Source: a virus. Taken from it: a DNA stretch of 64,000 nt. Location: positions 96,001-160,000 of the IMG/VR virus record IMGVR_UViG_3300035681_000001. The stretch is one strand, 5' to 3'. Made by a program: the position numbers and the translations under genes. The stretch's first letter is position 1. Each line of letters opens with the position of its first letter. The notes under the pieces are model-generated. The model had not been told where the DNA came from. It ran no database searches and worked only from the letters and a program-made list of their open reading frames with translations. This document shows positions 55,232 through 64,000 of this stretch, one piece after another.

Positions 55232-56005
55232 ATGACTGACACTCCCACCGAATTTGATGAAATCCTACCAGCAGAAGCTGTATCAATCAAACTACTAAAA
55301 ATCCCAGCAGGTAGCTTTTTAATGGGCTCTCCACCAGAGTCAAACTCAGATTATGAAAAACCTCAACACCTAGTAACTCTAGAGTCTTTCTGGCTTTCTC
55401 AAATACCTATTACTCAAGCCCAATGGTCTATAGTAGCAAACTGGCCGACCGTAAACGTACCCCTCAAACCAAACCCTTCTTATTTCAAGGGACCAAATAA
55501 GCCTCTAGAGCAAGTAAGTTGGGAGGATGCGATCGAATTTTGTAATCGCCTGTGCCAGCGCACTGGCCGCTATTATAGTTTACCTAGCGAGGCACAATGG
55601 GAATATGCTTGCCGAGCTGGCACCACCACTCCTTTCCACTTTGGCGAAACGATCAGCTCTGAGTTGGCAAATTACAATGGAAATTACACCTATGGTAAGG
55701 GTCAAAAAGGGGTTTATCGCAAACAAACCACCAACGCCGGCAGCTTCCCCGCCAATGCCTGGGGGTTGCACGACATGCATGGCAACGTGTGGGAGTGGTG
55801 CGCTGATCACTGGCATGACAACTATAACGGAGCACCAGCAGATGGTAGCCCGTGGACTAACGACACTAATTATGTAGGAACTAGGCTGCTGCGCGGCGGC
55901 TCGTGGAGCAGCAACCCCGGGATCTGCCGCTCGGCTTACCGCAGCAGCTCCCCCCCGGGCTTCCAGCTCGGCAATGTGGGGTTCCGCGTCTGTTGCCTCC
56001 CCTAA
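55232..56005 (+). CDS. FGE-sulfatase (C-type lectin fold) protein with a DGR-like variable region
   Basis: IPAGSFLMGS, P.EQVSWEDA.EFC, YSLPSEAQWEYACRAGT, NAWGLHDMHGNVWEWC, RGGSW..CRSAYR..GFRV. Confidence 0.92.
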   Translation: MTDTPTEFDEILPAEAVSIKLLKIPAGSFLMGSPPESNSDYEKPQHLVTLESFWLSQIPITQAQWSIVANWPTVNVPLKPNPSYFKGPNKPLEQVSWEDAIEFCNRLCQRTGRYYSLPSEAQWEYACRAGTTTPFHFGETISSELANYNGNYTYGKGQKGVYRKQTTNAGSFPANAWGLHDMHGNVWEWCADHWHDNYNGAPADGSPWTNDTNYVGTRLLRGGSWSSNPGICRSAYRSSSPPGFQLGNVGFRVCCLP

Positions 56006-56039
56006 GATCAAGTTTTGCCTTTAGCTCTCAAAAGCAATT

Positions 56040-56466
56040 ATGACAGCCTTGCCAACGACGAAAGCTACCTAAAGCTTTGATTAGCTACTGGTCTTTCTTT
56101 AATTCAACGGCTCCGCTTAACCCAATCCACCAAGATTTTTTACATCCGGAGTACGCAGTGTCTCTCAATTTTGAACCAAACCCTACTGTTGCAGGGTTTA
56201 ATAGCATTCCTTAAGACGAGAAGAAAGACTTAAGCGATGATCAACTACGTGAAAGGACCACCCGCAACTTTGCGGGTGATACTGTGGAAATAGCAAAACT
56301 AACTGGCGATGCTACCGCCGCTCAGCCTTTTATTGAGCGGCGCAAGGTAGTTGTTCCCTGGTTGCTAGAGTTTGCTGTTCAAGCCGCTAATAACGGTTTT
56401 CCTCGTGCTGCTGGAAAGTTGACGTTAGCTGCCCAACTTTTGGGCGAGCGTCTGGACTCTGAATAA
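56040..56466 (+). pseudogene. Degenerate ORF (probable frameshift near the 5' end plus an internal TAA)
   Basis: Frame reads ...PKALISYWSFF...GFNSIP*DEKKDLSDDQLRERTT...LDSE*, with TAA at 56212-56214. Confidence 0.35.
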
Positions 56467-56612
56467 GCTAAAGCCCTCAACACAGTATTTCACTTAACGT
56501 TAGGCTAGCAGTTCAGGCAGCTTATGTGTTGTGCCCAGCAACTTTCGAGGCTGGCACAAGCGTTTTTGGTTACTGAAATTTAACTTAAACCCCACCACTC
56601 CAACTACTTCAA

Positions 56613-56891
56613 ATGACTGTAACTTCAGCTGGCGTTAATTCAACAGCTCACGCCAACTACATTAAATTGCAGACGCAGGCCTGGGATGACGCCGCGAAAG
56701 CTTGGTTTGCAGCCGCAGGCGAGCTTCGGGCTTTGCTTCAACACAAGGGTGAAGATTACCCCGAAAACAGCGAATGGCTAGACATGCGAAATCGTGGAGT
56801 CTACGCCTTGGTACAGAAAGCTGTTTTGTTAGAGACGGTAGCCAAAGGTAATCCCTCAGAGTACATCTGGCGGGCAAAGATAGCATCGTAA
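56613..56891 (+). CDS. Hypothetical protein
   Basis: 92-aa ORF after a C/A-rich leader. Confidence 0.55.
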   Translation: MTVTSAGVNSTAHANYIKLQTQAWDDAAKAWFAAAGELRALLQHKGEDYPENSEWLDMRNRGVYALVQKAVLLETVAKGNPSEYIWRAKIAS

Positions 56892-57046
56892 CTGCAGCAA
56901 TTTATCAAAAGTTGGCCTGTTTCGGCGATTTGCCAACATTCCTGATCGAGAGACGACAACTGCCTATCAAAATAGGCAGTTGCGAGTCCTAACACCACGA
57001 CCCACCGGAGTCTATCCGGTAACTATTCATTTTTACATCAAGTACC

Positions 57047-58261
57047 ATGCAATTTTTCACCACCAATGGCGTTCCGGTCAAAGCTTGGACTGATGGAGTA
57101 CCAGTCGAAGACAAAGCTATGCAACAGCTAAATGCTCTCGCTTCGATGCCTTTTGTTTACAAACATATTGCCGCAATGCCTGATGTTCACTGGGGACTTG
57201 GTGCAACAATAGGCTCCGTAATCGCTACCAAAGGGGCTGTAATTCCTGCCGCCGTTGGCGTTGATATTGGCTGCGGCATGTCTGCTCAGCGGACTACATT
57301 AACCGCTAGCGATTTGCCTGACGACTTAGGGACGCTCAGGTCTGCCATCGAGGCTGTAATTCCTCATGGTCGCACAGATAACGGCGGCCCAAATGATCGG
57401 GGCGCTTGGGGGAACGCTACCCGTACAGCTGAAGCTGCAATGCAAATACTGCAGCCGGGACTTGATGGCATTACTTCCAAGCATCAGGCAATTAGCAAGG
57501 CAGCTCAACGTGCAGTCTTGCACGCTGGTACGCTCGGAGGCGGCAACCACTTTGTTGAGATTTGCCTTGACGAAGATCAAAGAGTTTGGATTATGTTGCA
57601 CAGCGGGAGTCGTGGTGTTGGCAACAGGATTGGCACCTACTTTATCGAGAAAGCTCGTAAAGAGATGGAGCGATACTTCATCAACCTCCCCGACAAAGAC
57701 CTTGCATATTTAGTAGACGGTAGTGAGCTGTTTGGCGACTATGTTCAAGCAGTCGGCTGGGCGCAAGATTACGCCATGGCCAATAGGTCGTTAATGATGG
57801 ACGCAGCTTTACACGTATTAAAACAAGCTGTGCCGAAACCATTTGCTTGTGACTGCAGTGCAGTTAACTGTCATCACAACTATGTATCCAGGGAGCGTCA
57901 TTTTGGCTCTGACGTACTACTTACTCGCAAGGGAGCCGTATCTGCCAAAGAGGGTGAGCTGGGGATTATTCCTGGCAGTATGGGAGCAAAATCATTTATC
58001 GTGAAAGGCAAGGGCAATCGCGAATCATTTTGCTCCTGCTCTCATGGAGCTGGTCGTAAGATGGGCCGAAATGAAGCCAAGAAGCGTTTTACGATTGAGG
58101 ATCACATTGCTGCCACTGCCGGCATTGAATGTAGAAAGGATCTCAATGTAATCGACGAAACACCGGCAGCATATAAAGATATTGATGCCGTTATGGCGGC
58201 ACAGGCTGATCTGGTTTCGGTGGTTCACACGCTTAAACAGGTTGTTTGTATTAAAGGGTAA
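57047..58261 (+). CDS. rtcB: RtcB RNA ligase (3'-phosphate/5'-OH)
   Basis: MPDVH, VGVDIGCG, GTLGGGNHF, HSGSRG, HHNY, RKGA, PGSMG, SHGAGR and DE.P.AYK are all present. Confidence 0.97.
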   Translation: MQFFTTNGVPVKAWTDGVPVEDKAMQQLNALASMPFVYKHIAAMPDVHWGLGATIGSVIATKGAVIPAAVGVDIGCGMSAQRTTLTASDLPDDLGTLRSAIEAVIPHGRTDNGGPNDRGAWGNATRTAEAAMQILQPGLDGITSKHQAISKAAQRAVLHAGTLGGGNHFVEICLDEDQRVWIMLHSGSRGVGNRIGTYFIEKARKEMERYFINLPDKDLAYLVDGSELFGDYVQAVGWAQDYAMANRSLMMDAALHVLKQAVPKPFACDCSAVNCHHNYVSRERHFGSDVLLTRKGAVSAKEGELGIIPGSMGAKSFIVKGKGNRESFCSCSHGAGRKMGRNEAKKRFTIEDHIAATAGIECRKDLNVIDETPAAYKDIDAVMAAQADLVSVVHTLKQVVCIKG

Positions 58262-58492
58262 CTCAACTCACAGCCCACCAAAGCCCATCTGCTAACTATC
58301 CCAGCGCTATTAAAACCCATGAAAGACTCCAAGCAGTTGCATTGGAGTACCCTTTACCTTTAACTGCAAACTGCTGAGACCTACGTCGGTAATATAGTCA
58401 ATATACCTGCCGGCGTAGGCTACTAGTAATCAACTCAAGTTTGGCCTACCAAAACACAAACAAAGTAAATCACAAGAAGACCAAAGGCTCTT

Positions 58493-58819
58493 ATGTCTCC
58501 AAAGCTTAAACCTCTAATCTACCTCGCTGCTGCAATTGGCGGTATTGCCTTAATTTGGGGTGTCGGCTTTTTAAGCCTCGGCTATTATTCTTTCTTTGCT
58601 CCTAAACAACAAGCTGTTGAACGGCAAGTTTTTGAATATAGCCCGTCAGCTATAAGGGGCAGTATTCAAGACATCCGCCGCTACTATGCTGAGTACTTAG
58701 CAACCCAAGACCCAGCACAACGTGCTGCTTTAGCCATTTTGATCACCACAGCATACGATCAAATCCCACCTGACCGTCTAAGTTTAGAAATCCAAAACAT
58801 CTACGACAAAGTAAAATGA
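58493..58819 (+). CDS. Membrane-anchored hypothetical protein
   Basis: N-terminal TM helix; translationally coupled to the lipoprotein gene. Confidence 0.7.
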   Translation: MSPKLKPLIYLAAAIGGIALIWGVGFLSLGYYSFFAPKQQAVERQVFEYSPSAIRGSIQDIRRYYAEYLATQDPAQRAALAILITTAYDQIPPDRLSLEIQNIYDKVK

Positions 58820-59310
58820 AAAAGCTCGTCGCCTTAGCAGCACTGTTATTGCCTTTAACTGCTTGTGGGACACCTACTGCAGATTCTACCGACCAAAAAA
58901 ACCAAGAAGTCCTTCAAGCTGAATCAGTTCGTCAGGTAGGACTACCTAAAATCAAAAACTTTACTGTTAAAAAGCAGCTCAGAAGAATCCAAGAAGCAGT
59001 AGACCAAGCTAATTTGCTGACCTACTCATACACCAAGTCAGACCACACCGGAAAACTGGTGTGGTTTTGTGACTCAGTCGGTTATACAGTATCATCTGCT
59101 GTTCAATTTACTAATCCCAGTAAGGTAGTTTACGACACCAACGGCCCGGTAGTAGTCCCTCAAGCAGATCCTGATGGTACGTTTAGGCCTACTTCTGCTG
59201 AAGGTAGCTGGGTTTTCTGTATACATAACGGAAAAGCAAAGCCCGTTTACTCAGAAGAACGCATTAGTACTTTCCCATACCGCAGAGCTGAAATTCTAGG
59301 AAGCTATTAA
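58816..59310 (+). CDS. Putative lipoprotein
   Basis: MKK + hydrophobic core + lipobox LTA-C. Confidence 0.75.
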   Translation: MKKLVALAALLLPLTACGTPTADSTDQKNQEVLQAESVRQVGLPKIKNFTVKKQLRRIQEAVDQANLLTYSYTKSDHTGKLVWFCDSVGYTVSSAVQFTNPSKVVYDTNGPVVVPQADPDGTFRPTSAEGSWVFCIHNGKAKPVYSEERISTFPYRRAEILGSY

Positions 59311-59374
59311 TAAAGGTAGCCGTTAAGAGTACTGCCACCTTTACGTACGACCCGCAATCAAAGCTACACCAACT

Positions 59375-60852
59375 ATGACTAACGCCATCCAAAAGCTAAT
59401 TGCAGACGACTCTTGGGCAGCTACTTTTCAAACTCTTAGACAGTACCGTAGCGCCTTACTAGAAGCACTTGCAGAAGCACCTACTACTACCCCAAAAACA
59501 GATGACGAAATCCTAGAATTTCTGGAAGAATTTCAACTGGAAAACCAACCATTACAGATTGAAGGAGATCTAGAAAGAAGTAGAGATGGTAAATTATGCT
59601 GGGTTATTGATCAAGAAATTGATGCTACAGATGCAGTTTTATACCTAGCCCGTTATGCTGTCGGCTCTTCAACAGGATCAATACTTCAACCTATAAAAGT
59701 TAAGTTTTTTCAAGACAAGAATCTACAAATTGAAGCTTGTAATCGCAAGTGTACTCATTTTGTGATTGTAAAATACGAGGGTTCGTATTACAACCGTCAA
59801 AATGAAAGATTCCTAAGTAAAAATGGTATCTGGGAGCCAAATACTGGTAATTATGAAGTGTTTCTAGAGAAATTTAGTTGGCCTACTGTACGAGAAGCTC
59901 GTCAAGCCTTAGAAGACTTTTTCCCACCAAGCCCTGTACCATTAACTTACGGACAACAAGCAGCCAGAATTACTGAACTCGAAACACAACTCCGCGCCGC
60001 ACATGCCAACCACCCTAACAGTTAACCTCACGTATTTCAAAAGCTCTGGGAAGTATTATGATCAGGGCTCTTATGAAGTTGATGCTTCAGTGTATTTACA
60101 TCAAATCTGGGACCAAGTTAAACAGCTTCGTGATACTGGTCGACTTCCTGGACTACACGACGGAGCTAGCAACTATAACATCTTAATAAACGTTCCTGGT
60201 CACCCTGCTGAACACCCTCACCTTTTAATGCAATGACACGTCGCAGAGAAATCAGAGAGTACGCTAAAGACCATACTGGTCAGGTCATAGAAAATGACCT
60301 TGAAGAAGAGCCATCAGACCTTAAAAGGCTTATTGAGACCCTAGAATCATTTTTGAGCCAAGGGTACACCTCACGTCAGGTCGATGTTTACCATACATTT
60401 AACGGAAACGCCGTTGCAAGAATAAAGTACTACAAAACCAGACAAGAAACAGATGAGGAAATTAAAGAGCGTGTAGAAGAAGAAAACAAACGAAAAAGAC
60501 GACTTGAAAACAGACAAAAAGTTATTGATGGTCTAACACCTGAACAGAAAGAGGCTCTAAACCTAACATGATCAACACAATCTACATCAGTCCCTACACC
60601 ATAAACCTAGAGCATATAGCTGCAATTAAAGACGCCCAGTACTATACTAAAGATTCTACAATAAAATTTGATATAGTGCTGATTAGTGGTGCTATACTCA
60701 AAATTGATCTAGGTGAGGCGGATGAAACAGCACTAGAGTTACAAAAAGAGTTTATTAGTTGGGTAATTGACAGTTGGAAAGCAGGTGAGTGCTTGTCTGT
60801 CACTTATAAAAAACAGTTTGCTACTCTAAAGTGGACTAAACACACTAGTTAA
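59375..60852 (+). other. Run of hypothetical CDS (59375..60025, 60003..60236, 60233..60571, 60568..60852)
   Basis: Co-oriented coupled ORFs. Confidence 0.6.
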
Positions 60853-60857
60853 TCTTC

Positions 60858-60937
60858 GGGGGCGTAGGAGAACGGCAGATCCAACAAACTTAAAATTTGT
60901 AGCTTCGGCATTGCGGGTTCGAATCCCGCCGTCCCCA
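60858..60937 (+). tRNA. trnL: tRNA-Leu (anticodon TAA), intronless
   Basis: Acceptor GGGGGCG/CGTCCCC; anticodon arm ACAAA-CTTAAAA-TTTGT; variable arm; T arm GCGGG-TTCGAAT-CCCGC; CCA not encoded. Confidence 0.93.
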
Positions 60938-61013
60938 CTGTTTACCTAATGACCTTGTTAGTAAAAATTGCACTAACAGTATAACCAGACTTTACCACGC
61001 CACTAGTTCTTAA

Positions 61014-61277
61014 ATGATCTACACTACACTTCAAGTTATTGCTTGGATAACACAGATATTGGTCATTGGGACTTTAATAAACCTATTAGCTCAAACCGCA
61101 GCTGACTGGGTCTTCAGCTACTTTGATAAGTTGTACGACCGCATTTATTGGCACCAGGCCAAACGTTTGTGGATAATACTGACCTTAAGAAACTATTGCA
61201 GCACTCTAACTTATATTTTTTTGCTGGTAGTACCCATAGTAACCTGCCTACTGCACCTTAAAAACCATTGGCCATGA
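61014..61277 (+). CDS. Small membrane protein
   Basis: Two hydrophobic segments. Confidence 0.55.
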   Translation: MIYTTLQVIAWITQILVIGTLINLLAQTAADWVFSYFDKLYDRIYWHQAKRLWIILTLRNYCSTLTYIFLLVVPIVTCLLHLKNHWP

Positions 61278-61627
61278 CTACAGACCCACACCTTTACCGA
61301 ATAATAGACTACCACTACGAGAACGCCTACGTACTACCCACCAGCACGACCCTAATAACTGTACAACACCTACAAATAGTAAAAACTACGAGGTGTGGTG
61401 TGTGGGTTAGGAAGCCAGACTTTTCACTTCGATGGGTTTCTAATAGTTCTACCAAGAGGTACGCCTGGCCTACTGAAGCTGAGGCTTGGGAATCCTTTAA
61501 AGCACGCAAAGCCAAGCAGCTAGCTATTTACCAAAATAAACTAGCTCAAGCAACCGTAGCTTTTGAACTAGCAAAATTACCAGACACACTAAAAGACCTA
61601 ATAAAGAAAAACACCCGTAGCTTTTGA
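61268..61627 (+). CDS. Hypothetical protein truncated by a 61-bp tandem duplication
   Basis: See the repeat at 61554-61677. Confidence 0.6.
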   Translation: MAMTTDPHLYRIIDYHYENAYVLPTSTTLITVQHLQIVKTTRCGVWVRKPDFSLRWVSNSSTKRYAWPTEAEAWESFKARKAKQLAIYQNKLAQATVAFELAKLPDTLKDLIKKNTRSF

Positions 61628-61677
61628 ACTAGCAAAATTACCAGACACACTAAAAGACCTAATAAAGAAAAACACCC
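61554..61677. repeat. Exact 61-bp tandem duplication
   Basis: CCGTAGCTTTTGAACTAGC...AAGAAAAACAC at 61554-61614 and 61615-61675. Confidence 0.95.
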
Positions 61678-61755
61678 CTAGCCGTAATACTACTTTGGAG
61701 CTTCAGTGGGAAGCTGACCCACCGTACCCACGTAGCTTAAACACTCAAAAAATGC

Positions 61756-62156
61756 TTGATCCAGGTTTCCATAACACACTACACCTCTACTAAAATGAGT
61801 TACCTTGTGGTCAAAGCTACTGTTTATTTTTTGTGGTTTTTAGTAAACCTGTGGGTCAGCTGCAGGCTTTGCTTCTTGATTGCCTACAAAACTATGTATG
61901 GCCACAACACTAAGTTACTAGAGCTATTAGCCTACAGTATCTGGGTAGGGTGGGTAGTAGTAGTGTTCTTATAGCCCTAACTAGTGTGATGTTGTACTTT
62001 GTAATTAGTACCTGCTTTTTGTGTCTAAATTTGTTGGCTGCTCGGCAGCTTTACGGTACCTTAAAGCGGTTTGTTAAGAACGACAACCTAGCTAAAAGTT
62101 ATACGCTGTGGCTGCTAGGTGGTTGCTACTTTTTGGTAGTGTTGGTATTTAGGTAA
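61756..62156 (+). other. Two small hydrophobic ORFs (61756..61974, 61950..62156)
   Basis: TM-like segments; starts uncertain. Confidence 0.45.
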
Positions 62157-62157
62157 C

Positions 62158-62670
62158 ATGGAACGTTTTGTTTACTCAGATCCGCATTTTGGTCATCGCA
62201 AAATCGTAGGGTTTACGTTACTAGACGGCAGCCCTATGAGACCTTGGGGTACTTTAGAAGAAATGCATGAAGCCCTAGTAGCTAACTGGAATTCTGTAGT
62301 TACTAAAAACGACCGCGTGTTGGTTGTAGGTGATGTGGTGTGGGACCTACCTACTTTACCTATCTTAAAACGGCTAGCAGGTATCAAAACCTTAATACGC
62401 GGTAACCACGACGTATTTCCAGCTCGCAAGTACTTGGATTACTTTGAAGACGTTTTAGGTGTTCTAAAAAAAGGAAACCGGCTGTTCAGTCACTATCCTG
62501 TACACCCAGATTCAATTTCATATTCCATCCAACAAAACATCCACGGGCACTTACATGAAAAAGTAGTGTGTCTACCTGACGGCTCACCAGACCCACGATA
62601 CTTTAACGTTTCGGTCGAGCGTATCAACTACACACCTTTGAGTTGGGACCTTTTACCTAAAATCCAATGA
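62158..62670 (+). CDS. Calcineurin-like metallophosphoesterase
   Basis: SDPHFGH, VGD, RGNHD, FSHYP, HGHLH. Confidence 0.92.
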   Translation: MERFVYSDPHFGHRKIVGFTLLDGSPMRPWGTLEEMHEALVANWNSVVTKNDRVLVVGDVVWDLPTLPILKRLAGIKTLIRGNHDVFPARKYLDYFEDVLGVLKKGNRLFSHYPVHPDSISYSIQQNIHGHLHEKVVCLPDGSPDPRYFNVSVERINYTPLSWDLLPKIQ

Positions 62671-63239
62671 CGCAGTTGCCTACCAAAACCCTAAATACAG
62701 AACAACCAACACCAAAAACACAAGCACGTTTAGTAATCTTAAGCAGACTGTTATCGTGTCCTACTATAACAGGCCGCTGGTCCAACACTTCAGCTACTAA
62801 TAAACCAGTAGTAGGAGATCTTGTTTCACTAAGCTGTGCGCCTCCTTCTAAATACTATGTGTCTTGGCTTCGAGATTTTGACCTTAAAAATGATTGGCCC
62901 CGGTACTTACTAGAAAGCATTGAAGACGGTGAGCTTTCTTGGTGAAGTAACGTCAATATCAGCATCTATAGCCGAGAAATTGCCTGCAACCCTTCATGGC
63001 AGTGGGATGATGAGCAGTTCGCTTTTAATAACCGGTGGCTTCAAGTTTGCCGGGATAATAACGCTTACGACATTTTAGGTTGTGAGCCTGTATTTAACAA
63101 CAAAACAGTTTTGTTGACCACACGCATTCGTTGGACACAAAACAAATCTGCTCGGTTATTTCCAAATTGGAAAACAGTTACCAACACGCAAATGGATGAC
63201 TGGTATAAAGAATGCAAACAACAGTACGTATCAACTTAG
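62667..63239 (+). pseudogene. Hypothetical gene with an in-frame TGA (nonsense mutation or readthrough)
   Basis: GELSW*SNVNISIY... continues open for 97 codons after TGA at 62943-62945, with no separate start near the stop. Confidence 0.6.
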
Positions 63240-63343
63240 CTGTGCTTGGTCCAGAGCCCAGCACTAGTACCTACTAGTGCTGCATCTTTTATAAAACCTA
63301 CTTACACGTAGGTAAACACTGTAATTTACCTCTCACTACCAGC

Positions 63344-63766
63344 ATGTTCGCTTTAATCGAAACTAAAGGCGCTACTCACATAGCAGTCTGCATTCCAAGA
63401 GAAAATGCAGATAAATCAATTCCTGCTATCGTTGGCTTGTTTGAAGACAACACAAAATTTATTCAGAAAGGCTTCTCAGAACTAAGTGTCTGTAAGCCTA
63501 ACATTACCATAGTGCTAGGTCAAGTACTTACTTTTGAGAACTACCAAAACGAAATGGTAGTAACTATACCGGACAGCAACACTGTTTTTGAAGGCTACGA
63601 CCCCCTAACACCTGAAGTGTTGTTATCAAATAAAAAAGCAATAGAAGCAAAAGACCAAGAAATCGCACGCTTGAGAGCTGAACTGACTTTGACAGAAAAC
63701 AGACTAGCTAGGGCAAAAGACGAACTAGCTTCAGCAGGTTTAACAACAGGAATCCTAGCTAACTAA
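63344..63766 (+). CDS. Hypothetical protein with C-terminal coiled coil
   Basis: 140-aa ORF, followed by a CCGGCACTG/CAGTGCCGG hairpin. Confidence 0.65.
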   Translation: MFALIETKGATHIAVCIPRENADKSIPAIVGLFEDNTKFIQKGFSELSVCKPNITIVLGQVLTFENYQNEMVVTIPDSNTVFEGYDPLTPEVLLSNKKAIEAKDQEIARLRAELTLTENRLARAKDELASAGLTTGILAN

Positions 63767-63830
63767 ATACTAGAACCTCCGGCACTGTTTCCAGCAGTGC
63801 CGGTTTAACTACACTCACCTAACCAAGCTC

Positions 63831-64000
63831 ATGGAACTGCTTGTTTGGAACAAACTGGTCATAATGTTGTCGTTGTATATACCGCTTAACGTAGTTCCTA
63901 TAGAACTAGCTCGAACCATAAAATCAAACTCCCAACACCCTTTGGTGGCTGTGCTGCTAAACACCATAGTAGTATTGATCGCCGTAGGTAGCTTTAACAC
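63831..64000 (+). CDS. Small membrane protein (runs off right window edge)
   Basis: MELLVWNKLVIMLSLYIPLNVVPIELARTIKSNSQHPLVAVLLNTIVVLIAVGSFN..., after a C/A-rich leader. Confidence 0.5.
   Translation, partial: MELLVWNKLVIMLSLYIPLNVVPIELARTIKSNSQHPLVAVLLNTIVVLIAVGSFN

Noticed and set aside
55232-57046. Complete DGR locus
   Set aside because: I found no second copy of the variable region, no reverse transcriptase motifs and no Avd-like gene in the window. Only the target-like region is reported.
14173-59400. Short minus-strand ORFs inside the giant genes and the accessory region
   Set aside because: They are antisense shadows of well-supported plus-strand genes, without RBS or motifs.
60858-60937. 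Group I intron in tRNA-Leu(UAA)
   Set aside because: The anticodon loop CTTAAAA is continuous and the gene is 80 nt.
49347-63239. Stop-codon reassignment (alternative genetic code)
   Set aside because: The internal stops are of all three types. Well-identified genes end properly in TAA (rtcB), TGA (dut) and TAG (portal). No suppressor tRNA is present.
63815-64000. Minus-strand 61-aa ORF at the right edge
   Set aside because: The plus strand has an ATG at 63831 after a typical C/A leader, encoding a hydrophobic protein co-oriented with the whole region.

Overview
A 64-kb segment of a large contractile-tailed (myovirus-like) dsDNA phage. The host is most likely a cyanobacterium, judged from an NblA-like gene and a cyanobacterial-type FGE-sulfatase/C-type-lectin gene. 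1-26.8 kb is the virion module: tail sheath (runs off the left edge), major capsid, Mu-I-type protease/scaffold, DUF935 portal, a tail chaperone with a GGGAAAG -1 frameshift, baseplate-like genes, PAAR and Dps, plus dUTPase and a SWIM protein. It also holds a 3211-aa protein with two PLD (HxK) motifs and two-barrel RNA polymerase motifs (GDYDGD). 26.8-27.1 kb is a repeat- and A-tract-rich divergent junction. 27.1-33.7 kb is an array of small genes, each preceded by the same element: GC hairpin, T6-7 tract, then a G that opens a second hairpin (14 copies). 33.8-40.7 kb is a second two-barrel RNAP-like protein (GGDCDGD) fused via a SAP/HeH-like linker to a Pif1-family helicase. 41-64 kb is accessory: AcrIII-1 (DUF1874) ring nuclease, NblA-like protein, putative SSB, two tRNA-Leu, R2K ATP-grasp, RtcB, a metallophosphoesterase, an FGE-sulfatase gene ending in a DGR-like variable region, a 1.6-kb repeat-rich non-coding gap, and many small, partly broken ORFs. 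The lead hypothesis is a self-contained phage transcription system: a virion-delivered RNAP, an RNAP-helicase fusion, and hairpin/T-tract start elements. All protein calls come from motif recognition by eye; no database searches were run.
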